From Selaginella moellendorffii (Eukaryota > Plantae > Lycopodiophyta), in NCBI RefSeq assembly GCF_000143415.4, contig NW_003314395.1, positions 186,001 to 250,000 on the forward strand: a DNA stretch of 64,000 bases, given 5' to 3'. Of the stretch, positions 46,909 through 59,974 are shown one piece after another. The notes below the pieces were generated by a model. The model was given only the letters and a program-made list of their open reading frames with translations, did not search any database and was not told the DNA's origin. A program made the translations under genes and the position numbers. Position 1 is the first letter of the stretch, and the number at the start of each line of letters is the position of its first letter.

Positions 46909-48760
46909 CTAGCGAGGAACTTGAGGCGCTGGAGGATAGAAGTTAATTCCTGGAGGGATTTGAAGCGAGTGATACGACGGCGCTGGAGCACAGACCGGTG
47001 GTAGCGGAGGGCCTGGCGGGAGCGGCGGGAGTTGAGGCGGCGGCTGCTGTGGCGGCGGTGGCGGCGGCGGAGGTTGTCCCATCCCTGGATATGGATACGG
47101 CATTCTCAAGTTAGCGGTGCTCAAGAACTGTGAGTGCTGTGGCTGGAAACTCGAGTGAAGAACTTGAGCTTGTGGTGGCGGCGGCGCTTGCGAGTGAAGA
47201 ACTTGAGCTTGCGGTTGCGGCGGTGCTTGCGAGTGGAAAGGTTGAGCTTGCGGAGGTGGCGCTTGCGAAAACGCTGGATGGATAAACTGCTGTGCGAGGC
47301 CTTGATTCGTGCTGCCGCCGCCGCCGCCGCTGCTGCTCGAGTCGACGAGCTTGGGCCTCTTGTTGTCCGGCTGGAAGCCGAACTCTTCCGGTGTCAGTGA
47401 CGAGAAAATTGACGAGAGCATGGCTGCCGAGGACGACGAGGCAGCGAGTTTTGCTGCAACCTCCGCCGCTGTAGGAGTTTCCTTGACTTTCTTGCTTCCG
47501 TCGTCTATGGAAGCCATGCTTTGGACGACTGGAGGAAGCGGGCTCGGTGTCACGGATGGGAGAGCTTGTGTTCTCGTCACCGGCTTGGCTGGAGAAGAAA
47601 ATTCCTGAAAGAACGAAGATTTATGCTTATAGGACAACAAAAGAGAAACCACATTTCTCACCTCTATCTGGCATCTAACGAGCTCCAACTTTCTCTCCTG
47701 TGCGAGTAAAAATTTGTATTTGTTACAGGAACAAGCGCAGAAAGAAAGAGTGTTACCTGGTCTTCAAGAGCTTCCCTTAAGTAAGTTACAAGTTTAGACC
47801 GACTCCTTTCGATGGTTTCGAGCTGCTCGACCAGCTGCGAGAGATTTCCTCGCTGCTGTTGCAGCTCATCGCGCACAGTGGAATTTTCATTTTCCTGGCC
47901 TGCAAAATCATAGCGAAAATGCTATGAGAAACAAAGCACAAGTATTCCTCACCGTGGCTGGCAGCCTCCTTGCCTAACGCTTCTATTCGCCGTTTAATAG
48001 AGTTACATTCTTCGATCGTGGCTTCTTCATTAGAGAGACCGTCGTTTACATCCTGGAATGCTTTGGCCACCTTCTCAAGGATGCTACCGTCTAGTTTCTG
48101 TCACGTAGAAGCGAAAAACAAAAGCTATGATTTTAGAAGCTGAGCTCGGGAATAGTCTCTTACGATCTTTATAAAACTCGAAGAAGTGGTTGGTTTGTCC
48201 TTCCCTTTCTCCTTTTCTTTATCCGGGATCTCGAAGTCCGGAACTGGATTATTTCCCAACAGAGTCTCTTTGAGGCTTTGTGCACGAGAGCCAAAGACTT
48301 TTCTTTCCTCCCATATGTTTACCTGCGCAAAAACAATGTAGAAACAACGTTAAAACTCCGGCTCAAAGCAAACTAATGACTTACAAGTCGAGAGACTGCG
48401 TTGCGGCCATTCTCGTCTCCATTTGCTTTCACGTCCTTGAGAGCCCCGTTCAACACCTTCCAAAACTCCGACACAAACTCCGATCCTTTCCTCCGGCTGT
48501 TCTGTATGATGTCGTTCGCGAGATACAGAAACGAGACGCGCTTCTCTTTCGGTGCCGAGAAAAACTCCTTCTCCCAGGTCTTGGCGATCTGCTTTGCTCG
48601 CTTGCGATGATAGATGCACCAGTGTGACAGAGCTGCAAACGAAAACCCGCGTAAAGCGAACGAATTTCATGGAAACGAACTTACTTTCAATACTTTGCTG
48701 CGAAGCGTTTAGCTTGATAAGCTTCTCGGACAGGACTTCCACTGAAAACGCTCCAGTCAT
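46909..48760 (-). CDS. RPRD1/CREPT-like RNA Pol II CTD-interacting (CID) protein with Pro/Gln-rich tail
   Basis: LSEKLIKLNASQQSIE|TLSHWC, LYLANDIIQNS, IWEERKVF, coiled coil and AAEVAAKLAAS. Confidence 0.88.
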
Positions 48761-49305
48761 CCCTTCGTTTCACGACGCTAGCTCCTCTAGAAACGAGAAA
48801 TCCCCGCTCTAAGTCACTCGATTTCCACCACTATCACTACGGAGAAAAATCTAGTAAACCAAGCAGCGAGATTTCTTGAGCGAGGGACGCGCTTACCTGT
48901 ATGCTGCTATAGAGAATCCCTCCATTCCCAGAATGCGCGCCATAGCCACCACAACGAGCGCTCCATCGCGCAAGAACAAGGGTTTTGCAAATGCCCACAC
49001 TGAGTAAGACGGCATATTCCGTGAACAGGTAGAGGCCCTTGCTTAAGATTAAGCACTTGATAATTATTCGCATCAACAGTTCCTATGTTCGAGAATATGC
49101 GCTCGCGTATCCTTCCTTCGGTTGCTAATCCTGGGGAGTGAAGCTGCTCATCACATTTATTAGGGATGAATCGCTTATGCGGTGGCTTTTGGCGATCGTA
49201 CTCTCCCTTCGTACCAGCACTCTTCTTGAGCTCCCACGATCGGTAAAGAGGGATTCTCCAAATCTTGCTCGCAGGAGTGCCAGCGGCATCGCGGCGGGCG
49301 ATATT

Positions 49306-51271
49306 ATGGATCTCCCGGCGTCGCCAAGCAAGGATTGCGGCAGCAAGAAGCACGTCGTCGAGGTTTTCGAGCCCGGATCCTTCGAGCCGTCGGAGCATTT
49401 CTATCCGCGGGTCCTCAACGCGCAGATTCATCCCCTGGTGCGGTCTTTCATGGCCCTGGGCAACGATCGCATCAAGAAACGCTACTGCCATCTCCATCCG
49501 GAGGCAAACCATGACGCCGTGGCCAGGGCCTTGAGCTTCTCGACCAGGTAGCGTTTCTTTGTTGTCAATGTAGCTTCTCTAGAGAGACTCTTGCGATCGT
49601 CTTAAAGAATTCTTTCCCAGATTCTTCCAGTGGGGAGGGGCGGATTTGTTTTCCACGACTACCGAGCACGGGCAGAAGCGTTTCGTGGTCGTCGAGACGA
49701 ACTCGTGTCCATCCGGCCAGAAAGCCATGCCGCTAGCCAACGAAGAACTCGAGTTTGCTGGCTACCGCACGCTGCTCGAGAAATCTCTCATGCCATACAT
49801 TCGCGCTGGGAGCTACAATGGTCACCAGCTTCCAGAGGGCAGGCTCGCGGTTTTATACGACAAGAACAGGATGGAGTCGTCCGGCTATGCTGCTACGCTA
49901 GCCGAGCTCGCGGGCGAGCCAGTTTTCCTGGTTCCATGCTACGAGGACGATCCCGATCCTTTGATGAAGTGCCGCGAAGATGGTATTATCATGATCAACA
50001 CCGCCAAGCTTTTGTGGAGGTCTCACGAAGAAAACGGCAGTGGTGGTGGTGATAAGAGCTTGTTCGTTCCAGAGCCCGTGTGGGAGCCTGTCCGAGCGGC
50101 ACTGAGATATGTGACACAACGTCCATGGAGCAGAATTCCACCACTCACGCGGACTCTCGTCTTTAATCCAATCCTCGCGTGCTTGGCTGGTGGAAGGAAC
50201 AAGATGCTGGCTGCCAAAGCTTATGATCTCCACAATGCCGAGATAGCTGCGAGTGGCCTGAGCATCCTGACTCCGGATACTATATGGGACGTTTCCAAGA
50301 CCGAGATCCCGCTTTGGGTCCGGAGGATGGGAGGACTCGCCGTCGTGAAAATTCCTTACGCGAATGCCGGTATTGGCGTCTGGACTATCACTCACGAAGG
50401 TGAGCTTCAGGAGTTTATGGGAATGGACCATCGCTACGATCGCTTCATTGTCCAGGTAAGAGCTTTCAATTGCGAAAACTTGAATTCACCGGTGTTATAT
50501 GTTCGCAGGCTTTGATCGGCAATCACGGTTGGAGCAGCTTAAATCATGGTGGACGTCTCTATCATGTCGGAACAATTCCAAATCTCAAAGGGAACATTTA
50601 TGCCGCTGATCTCCGGCTCATGGTTGGCTCATCCCCGGAAGGCTTTTTCCCTGTGGCGATTTATGCTCGACGGGCACGGCTCCCTCTGTCCGAGAAGCTG
50701 GAACGAGGAATGAACTCGTGGGACATGCTCGGGACGAATTTGTCCGTCAAGGTACTTCTTTTTTAATGAAAAAGCTGACGACGACCGAAACTTCTCTACT
50801 TTTTTTATAAGAATCCTGACGGGACCTGGGGAACTGAAACGGAGCGACTGCTTCTGATGGACAGCAGAGATTTTAATCGTGTCGGGATCGGGCTAGATGA
50901 CTTGATAGAGGCTTACATGCAGGCAAGGAAGATTTAATCTTTGTTTTCTAAAGAGTGTTTCTTTGTCTTTGCTAGACTGTGCTAGCAGTGACCGCCATCG
51001 ATGGCCTGGCTTGCAAGCTTATAACATCAGAGGTAACGAATTCATAGTTTCTCCCCGCGCTTATCTGACGCAAAACTTACAGGGAAATTTTGGCTTGAAG
51101 CTGTTCCAGTCCTTAAACCCGGATCCCAAGCTCTTGGCGGAGATGTATCCAACAGAGCTCAAGCCGCCCTTGGCCACGAGTACTATGGAGCAGCAAAGCG
51201 CCGAGTGTAAAGAAAATCGAGAAGACGAAGAACAACCTCTGCGATTGGTACGCATAAGAATCGAGCCATGA
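49306..51271 (+). CDS. Uncharacterised ATP-grasp-like ligase, apparently circularly permuted
   Basis: GADLF...[10 protein letters not shown] lies N-terminal to [23 protein letters not shown] and DLRLMV; about 6 exons. Confidence 0.7.
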
Positions 51272-51832
51272 ATTTTTTTCTCTTTTTTCGTTGTTCTTCC
51301 ATCGTTGATGATGTGTGATTTTCAGGTGGCAAGACAAAAGCCTCTTCCAGCGCTTGCAGTCTTTGGACACTTACAAAGAGTATAGATAGAACTACTATGA
51401 TGAAAAATCACTACATAGTTACGTCTAATGGAGAGCTCCAAGTTCTTTTGACGCTTTCTCTAAGAACCATCGGCATTATAGCCTGGACACTTGTAAATAA
51501 TTGGAGTAAAACACTTTCCATTTTCTTACCAGGTTGCTCGAGTATTTACTTTACTGCCTTTTTGTGAGTGGCACGTTCGTAAGTAGTGCTTAGGGTTCTT
51601 CGACGAGAGCGCGAGGAGCCGCATCGGCGGCACGGGAGATGATATCAGCTTGCGCTTGCGATTTTGCATCGTCAGTGACCAGGTGAGCTTGGCGCTGCTA
51701 GAAGTCCCACGAATTTCCAGTGATTTCGTGCAGGATCGTGCGAGGGAGTATTTCGATCCGCGCTTTGTCTTCGGTAGCAAGAGTATGCCTTCTCGATCGG
51801 GTTTTTACCTTCTCTGATTCATCCATATTGCA

Positions 51833-54800
51833 ATGACAAGGAAGGATATGAATCGTGAAGTGGATCTAAGAGCTGCATTGGGTGTGGTACGCGCCGAGAA
51901 GAGAATGAGAAGGACACAAAATGCAGGTATTTCTTTCGTGACTTTCTCGGAGATTTTCCAAAGCGATTTGTTTATCAGATTGAAGCATAGAGATATTTGC
52001 AGTGCCGACTGGACAAACGATGAAGCACCATGGAATGCAGCTTTGGAGGCCCAAAGTCACAGCTCAATGTGTATCTTCCGGTAAGTTGGCACAGTTTCGG
52101 TCATCTGATATTCGCTTTGATTTGTTTAAGATGCTGGAACTTTGGAACCAAATGTTGTTACCAGCACGGGATCCTTGGACCAACTTACAGCCGTTTTTGA
52201 AGATGTCACGAGCAACAAACCAGAGAACAAGTTCTCGGCTTCTGTAGAGGTATGAGCCAAGAACTGAATGTTTTTTCTCAAGTAGATGACTCTTACAGGT
52301 GAATCAAGCGGTTATTCAGTCAATCAAAGCAAAAAGGTACTACGCTATTCGAAAAATGCCTTGAACATCCGTGAATATCAGAAACAAAATGAAGCGAAAA
52401 ATTGAAGCGGAATCCAATACCTCGTTGACATTTTCGAAGCAAAAATCAGGATTCTACATAGGTCAGTATGACTCCCTTGGTAACTTTTTATTCTTTTTAA
52501 ACTTCTCAATTTTAGTTGTTGAGGGTCTGTCGGACGAAGCCGTGCAGCAAGCTACAAGGCTTTTACAACCGGTGATAGACAAGGTATTAGTACCTTTCGA
52601 GTTCATTTTTGTGTCTCATGGAAAACTGTCAGAAAGACACCAAAGCTGAGTCAGTTACGGAAAAGTCTGCTAGCAGTAGGAGCTCTTCTCTGAACCCAGG
52701 TAAATGCCTTTGTTATTTATTATTTTTAATTTGGAAATGGATTGTTCTAGCTTCGACAAAACGATTAGCGAGTGGGAGTTTGCAATGGATGCCGAAAGCA
52801 GGCAATTTCTTTCTCTCTGTTTTTTTTCCTAAAAGCTGATTGTGCGCATTATGTGCTAACAGTGAGAACCATGCACACCGTAGCAGATGAATGTAAAGAT
52901 GTCAGTGATGTCGAACAGAACGACAGCGAAATGGTCTCTGGCTCTATACAGGTATACTGCATTTCATCTGCTCTTCCGGTGTTGATGCTACTACTTTTAC
53001 AGGTTGACAAGAAGCTGCTACGTCTAGTTAAAGGACACAAGTGAGTTCATTGTGCAGTTGCGTAAGCTGATCTTATTGTTACTCCGCAGGAATGAAGTCA
53101 AACAACGGATTGAAAAAGACACAAACACAACCATACGCTTCGGAAACCCTGTCGGTATGCTTATTCGTTATCTGTAAGATATTTTCACGCTAGCGCCTGA
53201 TGAGCTTTTGTTTTAGTTGTGGAGGGATCTTCCGAGGATTCGGTAAATAAAGCGCTAGAGGAGATACAAAGAATAGTTGAGGAAGTAAGTGTAAGTCGAT
53301 ATTCTTGTTCATCTGCTAACACATTTTTGCAGGGTGTGAACGACGCGAAATTTCAGTACTCTCATTTCCTTTCTCTGCCACTTAGCGTCCATCCTTCTCT
53401 GGTCCAAAAACTGGAGGCCTTTCAGGAATCCGTACTAGTATCGCTGGGAATTCCTCTCGTTGATGAAGAACAAACAGCAGCAGCTGATGCAGAGGAAACA
53501 CCAGAACAGGAGGCGCCAGAAGAGGAAGCAGCAGCTGCAGCAGCAGAAACTGTGACTTCCGGAGTGGAGGAACATGTGGATGATACTCGCTCGGTCGAAG
53601 CACCAGTAGAGGACGCGTTTCGTCAGTCTGTCCTCGGTTCGTTGGGTATACAGCCAAATGAAGGAGATGAAACTGATGCCGCTACTCAAGGAACTGTACT
53701 TTCGGAGATACAAGTCGAGGAAGAACCAGCAGCCACGGAAACCGTAGGCGAGGAAGAAACAGAATCAGGAAGTCAGTTGCACGTAGAAGGTGAAACACTG
53801 GCCACTGAAACCGAGGAAACTGTTGCTGAAGAGGTAACGGAAACAGATAACACCGCCGCATCAGAAACCCTGGAAACCGTAGCTGCTGATGAGGATACGG
53901 AACGGGAACAGCAAAATGCTGTTGCTGAAGTGCGGGTGGAAATGGAAACAACCGCAGATTTGCCTGAAGAGAAAGCGGAAGGAACCGAGCCACTGCAAGA
54001 CGTGCCTCTAACGCTAAAAAAGAAGAAAGGTCTGTGATTGTTTTTCCTCTCTCAGCTAACCGTAGCCGGTTTCATAGATTCTGGAGTCGAGAAATCAATC
54101 TTTATCAAGCCTACGAGATTTCACTTGACGGTTTTAATGCTGAAGCTCTGGAATGAAGAGCGCGTGGAGAAAGCCCGTGGCGTTTTGGAGGTAATCAAGT
54201 TCATGCACGTAAATTCTCGGGGTTTTCTTAACTCGTTTCTTCTCTCCCAGAAATGCTTGCCAGATGTAGCTGCAACTTTGGACAAAAGACCGGTCTCGGT
54301 GTCCTTGAAGGGATTGGTATGGAATATCGTCCTTGTTTTGCTTTGGAATATCGACTTTGATTTTTGCAAAAACAATTGCAGGAGATCATGAGGGGAAGTC
54401 CCAAAAACACGCGTGTGCTGTTTGCAAAGGTGGCGGACGCTGATGGTGGAAGTCGACTTTCAAAAGCTTGCCGTATCCTTTCTTTTTTGCCTTTTCTTCA
54501 CTTTAGATCGTATCTAACAGCTCTTAGCTCCATTTCCTTAGCATCTCATCACCACAGAGGTCATGATTGACGCTTTCGTTGAAGCCGGCCTAGTGCTTGG
54601 AAAAGATGGCGAGCAAGAACTAAAGGTAGATTAAAAATTGCTCGCTTTTTCGCTTTGCAATTGTTTCTAACGAAGTATCTCTCTTTTCTCTGACAGTTGC
54701 ACGCGACAGTTATGAACACAAGCCACAGAAGGAGGTACTGTCAGTCATGTTCTTTTTCCTTTCTTTTTGTGATTGTGGGTGTTGACTCTGTGCTGCTCGC

Positions 54801-55019
54801 AGCAAAAGTCGATACAGGAACAAGGGATTCGATGCCACGGATATCCTCGCGAAGTTTGGAGAAGAGACCTGGGGCGACTACCAAATCATGGAGGCACACC
54901 TCTCGGAGCGTTTCAAGTATGATGAGAATGGTTACTACCACCGCTGTGGCTCTATACCCTTCCCTGGAAGCACTGTTGAGACGGGCGTATCGCAAGGAAC
55001 AAGCCAACACGATACTTAG
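51833..55019 (+). CDS. ASCC1-like protein (KH-like domains + 2H phosphoesterase/AKAP7-like domain)
   Basis: YSHFLSLPL, FHLTVLMLKLW, LHATVMN, FDA.DIL..FG...WG and YYHRCGSIP; many short introns. Start is uncertain. Confidence 0.8.
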
Positions 55020-55128
55020 TGAGGCAGAGCAAAAGAAGAATGCAAATTTTTTTCTACCTGGGAGATTGATTGTATGTGATTGTTTTGCTCCATAATATAT
55101 CTGCCGTGGCTTTGAATTAGCAAGCTTA

Positions 55129-57484
55129 TTACGATATCATCAGCGTTGTTTTCTCTTCGTTGGCATCGTTATTATTGTTCTCGCCACCTGATGCTGGTTC
55201 TTCCTGTGAAAAGAATTCCACTGTGTCATTAAATGAGAAAGAACACATTTGCTTCACCTTTGGTTGCTGCAAGAGAGCTCGGCTTTGCTCGAAGTATTGA
55301 TTTGGATGGTTGATGCCATCGCTAGAACACCCGTGCACGGCTTCGAAAACTTCGGCACAGGCCAGCTGCCAAGGACGGGAAAAGTTAGCAGCTGAGCTTT
55401 AAAGCCTTTGTCCCCGGAACGAACCTGGTAATGCTGGCTTCGGGTCTTTTCAAGCGCGGAAGATACTTGCCTGGAATTTAATCCCAGACCACCTAAAGAA
55501 GCACGCAATTTGTCCTCGCTGCGTGTCACTAGCAACGAATGAATGGGAGCGTCTTTTTGAAACTGGACAGACCACACCTGAAGTGGCGATAGGGACATCC
55601 GTGATGATCTCCAACGCCAGGAGTTGACATGATCAGTTTCACACATGAATAAGGTGTATAGTCCTGCACGAGGAGCCACATGTAAGTATTGTTTCCACAA
55701 ACCTTAAAGAAACTTACCGTTCGCTTTCCTTCTTTTCCATAGTTGTGACGGACGTTATACGCGTACTCTTTGTCGAACTTTTCAACACCCACCTAATAAA
55801 TTACTCCCGTTAGATACTCGAAACTTTTCAAGTTTTTGCGCACCTTTCGAGAAAACTCGGCTCTCCAGAATGCCAAGGCATCTTCCAGCTTTAGACCGAT
55901 CCCCTGCACCGTAGAAACTTTAGTATAAAGAAGCAAACGAAAGACAAGCATCTCACCTTTAAGAAGAGTCCAAGTTGCTGCCGGCCGCCGTGCCTCAAAT
56001 GATGGTCATCACGCAGCTGAAACAACGAAGATAAAGCCGTTAACTGATTGCTAGATAGGCCAAACCTGAAAGAATAAACTTCGCATGCACAGTGGAAATG
56101 AAGCCTTTGCCAGTTGATCAAGATCTTGCAAAGCGATCTCATTCGATGATTTTGGCTGCGAACGAACGTAAATTGAGCTGCCTTTACAAACATCAATACC
56201 TGAGTATAGTCAGGTCCTAGATATCGTGTACTCAAAGCCTCAACCATCTAAAAAATGCCATGTTGCGTGAAGTCAACCATAAAAAACACTCTGAACTTTA
56301 CCGGTGCCAGTCGATCTTTCTCTTCTCCAGCAATGAAAGAAATCCACTTTCTGCGTTCAGGCAGATTAAATCAGTAGTGTGTTGTAGATATCGATGCTTA
56401 CCGGTTAGTTAGAACGAGAGCTTTGGACAAGCGAGACCGAAATTGGCCAACAACCAAAAAGCTTAGCTGCAACAAATAAAAGTAATTAAATGCCTTTTGT
56501 CAGGAATCTTACTTGCTCTCTGGGAACAAAAGCTTCACCACGTCGAAGATAAACCTTACGGCCGCTTACAAGCTCTGGCACGTCTTCAAACGGAACTTTG
56601 TAGTACATTTTAGCTGCACGTAAATGTACAGTATAAAAGATTAGAAAGTGACCGCATATACAATCGAAGGCTTACAGTTCGAAACCTGATTTGTCGAACG
56701 CGCCACACTCTCTAAATTTTCCTTCACCGCCTGCAAGACCAAGGGAGTTACTTGGGGCGCCCTTGAAATGAATACCTCAATTTCAGCACTGGTCATTGCT
56801 TTGTAAGGCAGATTGCAATCGTCCATAAGTTTTTGCTGCAAACGAACACGAGAACTTGAAAACAAAAAGAGAAGGAAATGAAACTTCCAGACCTGTGCAG
56901 CCGGCATTTCACATCGGAAACGATGACGAAACAAAACAGACTCGATTCCAAGGAACCACCGGCGCAGATCCTCGCTGAAGACACGAGAGTTAAACAATCT
57001 GGATATCCAAAACAAAGAAAAACGAAAAAAATGCCATACGTGCGACAATAAGCTAGGCGCAAGATGAAATGCGAAATCACGTCCTTCTTGCTGGAATCGC
57101 TCCCCATATGTTTCCTCCAGAGATCGCTCACCTGGCAAAATCAAAATTTGGAACGCATTACAACGGCCCCATTCTCACATCTCACAGACACGCACCAGCG
57201 GATCCATCTCCTCCATCTTCTTCCCCCTCGACCGCGCTTCCTCGATTTCTTTCAGCACTGAGCCGGCAACGAAACGTTCCAGCAGCCGAGATTTTCATGA
57301 AATTTGATCAAAACAACAAACCTCGCAGCCGATCCAGCGCGTACTCCTCAAAATCTTCCAGCGAGATCTCCTCATCGGGCGCCGCCTCGTAGAAGCTGAG
57401 CTTGCCAGCGCCGGCGCCTCCACCACGGCTATCCTCGCCTCCATCCTCTGCCCTACCACCGGCCCCAATGCTCCTAAACGCCAT
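55129..57484 (-). CDS. PRIM2: DNA primase large subunit
   Basis: [70 protein letters not shown] and INHPNQYF. Confidence 0.94.
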
Positions 57485-57701
57485 AGCCGAAACACAAAAA
57501 AATGGCGGGAAATTAACCCCATCGAATATCCTAGCACAAGTGCTACGTACAGCAAAAGCACATTTATCAGGATATTCGTTAGGGTTCTTGAGCGCGAGGC
57601 GCGCGAGCGAGGGAGAGAGCTAGCGAGAGCTGGATTTTCCCATTCTTAGATGGTCCGGAGGCGGCGGCGGTGCGGCGCGGCATTGGTAGTGATCCCAGCG
57701 A

Positions 57702-58763
57702 ATGGCGAGCTTGATCGAGGGGCTCCCGGATGCGATTGCAATGCAGTGCCTGGCGCGGGCGCCGCTAGGGATGCACAGGGCAATGCGGGCGGTGTGCCGG
57801 TCGTGGCGCGCGGCGCTGCGCAACGGCGGCGGCGGCAGTGGTGGCGCCGAGCTCTTCCGGGTAAGGTCCGCGGCGGGGCTGCGCGAGGAGTGGCTCTTCG
57901 TCACATCCTTCGAGCCCGACCGCGTGTGGGAGGCCTACGATCCATCCGGCGGCCACTGGCACACGCTGCCACTCTTCCCCTCCTCCATTGCGCGCCTCTC
58001 CAACTTCGGCACCGCCGCGCTCCACCGCCAGCTCTTCGTCGTCGGCGGCGGCAGCGACGAGGTGGATCACGCCACCGGCGAGCGCGACCGCCCCTTCGCC
58101 AGCGCCGCCGTGTGGTGCTTCGACGCGCTCCAGGGGCGATGGGAGGCGCGATCGCCCATGCTCACGCCCAGGTCCCAGTTCGCCTGCGCGGCGGTGGCGG
58201 GCAAGATCATCGTGGCGGGGGGATTCGGCTGCTCGCGCCGCCCGCTCGCCTCGGCGGAGATCTACGATCCGGAGGCCGACCGCTGGGACGCCATCGCGGA
58301 CGTGGGCGAGGTCCACAACGCGGCGTGCTCGGGGCTTGTTCTTGGCGGCGCCATGGCGCTGCTGTACAAGGGCCACTCGCTCGTCCAGCTCTACGATCCG
58401 GCGCTGGATTCGTGGACGCTGCATGGGTCGCAGTGGCGGGAGTTCCCGGGGAGATTGGCGGTGGTGGGCGATGAGGTTTGCGGGGTGGCGAGCTCCTACT
58501 TGATCCGGGGCTTGAACGAGCCGCAGCTATGGCGGCACTGGGCCGAGTACTTCCACAGGATAGGGTTTGGGGTGGCGGGGATTGGAAACGACTTGTACGT
58601 GGTTGGGGGGATCTTGGGGCCGCAGCAGGAGAGCATGAGGATTCACGTATTGAAGGAGGTGGATATCTGGAGCGTGGAGGGTGGCGAATTCGAGAAGAAG
58701 GGGACGACGAGCATGACTTGGTGCTCCGGGACGGTGTTGGGCTGCGCGGTTGTGAGCCTGTGA
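57702..58763 (+). CDS. F-box/kelch-repeat protein
   Basis: LIEGLPDAIAMQCLAR...VCRSW F-box; kelch motifs LFVVGG, IIVAGG and AEIYDP..DRW; intronless. Confidence 0.93.
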   Translation: MASLIEGLPDAIAMQCLARAPLGMHRAMRAVCRSWRAALRNGGGGSGGAELFRVRSAAGLREEWLFVTSFEPDRVWEAYDPSGGHWHTLPLFPSSIARLSNFGTAALHRQLFVVGGGSDEVDHATGERDRPFASAAVWCFDALQGRWEARSPMLTPRSQFACAAVAGKIIVAGGFGCSRRPLASAEIYDPEADRWDAIADVGEVHNAACSGLVLGGAMALLYKGHSLVQLYDPALDSWTLHGSQWREFPGRLAVVGDEVCGVASSYLIRGLNEPQLWRHWAEYFHRIGFGVAGIGNDLYVVGGILGPQQESMRIHVLKEVDIWSVEGGEFEKKGTTSMTWCSGTVLGCAVVSL

Positions 58764-59219
58764 TCGGTCGATCGATCGGTCTCTTGATTCTTCGTCTCTG
58801 GGCTTTGGAGAGATTGATTGATCGTGTAGTAGCATAGCAGCAAAACTCGATCTTTCATATCCAGAGCTCCACTTGGATCTTAAAGGTAAACAATGGGAGA
58901 GGTTCTCAAAAACCCTAAAAGCATTCTTACTCCATATCTTAAAGGTAAACAATGTGAGATCCTCAAGAACCCTAAACGCAGAGGAATATGCCCCGTCCAG
59001 GCAAGTGGGGACAAGATATATCCACGTTGTCCTCACACCGAGAGGGATTTTGCCTCTCGAAAGCGTTGTTACTTTTTAATCGTTGCGCTCTGCCACAACA
59101 ACAACAACAACAACAAAACTTTATTCTCATTTTCCTTCTCCTCTTTTGGGGCTCTCTCTCCTCTCTCTCTCTCTCTCTCTCATCGTTGCGCCATTGCCAT
59201 ATCACCACGTCGGAGAGCG

Positions 59220-59974
59220 ATGGTAAGTCTCTTCTAACTTCTCCTTCTTCCCCGTGTCCATCCATCCACACTCTTTCCCTTTCTTCTCTCCTCTTTAATT
59301 TTCTTCTCTCCTCGCGCATCCATTGCCGCGGGCGCCGCTGGTAGGGAGGAGGCGCCGCTAGTGTCACCAATCTTTTAGTCATGCTGATGTCGCCCACGCT
59401 AGTCCTCGCCAGGTCTCCCCTGTTCTTCCTCCCCCGCCCGCTACTAGCTCCAATCTCCATCTCCATCGTCGCGCTTCTCCTCGGGGGAGGAGCGCGTCCG
59501 TGCTGGGCCACGATTCCTTGCAGCCCCACCGTCCAGTGCCCCCAGAACTGCTGCTGTGGAGTGAATGGCTACTGCGGGACCGGGGATGGATACTGTGGCG
59601 CCGGGAATTGCCTGAGCCAGTGCCCCAAGAGCCCATCTCCGCCCAATCCTCCGCCGCAAGCACAAGCGCCGCCGGTGCCCCCCTCCTCCTCCGCCAATTA
59701 CCCGCCGCCGACGTCGTGGGGATCCTCCGGGGCTAACCGCTACGCTCCTCCGCCTCCGCAGTACTTCTACGCTGGCGGCTCCGGCTCCAACATTGCCGAT
59801 CTAGAGTACCACGACATCCATCACCACCACTACTACGTCGACAATGTGTGGAGAATTGTGGGGATCGCGTGTGGCATCGCGGCGCTGGTGCTCATCGCCG
59901 CGTTCCTCATCGTCTTGCTGGCCAGATCTGCCAAGCGTCGCAAGAATGCGTGTGATTGCGATGGCGATCACTGA
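59220..59974 (+). CDS. Hevein (chitin-binding type 1) domain + Pro-rich stalk + single TM protein
   Basis: ATG micro-exon (59220-22) and intron 59223-59344 in frame. [29 protein letters not shown]; [25 protein letters not shown] followed by RSAKRRK. Confidence 0.82.

Noticed and set aside
58875-59181. Short direct repeat (tcttaaaggtaaacaatg x2) and (CAA)n/(CT)n tracts
   Set aside because: Ordinary promoter or UTR microsatellites and a small local duplication.
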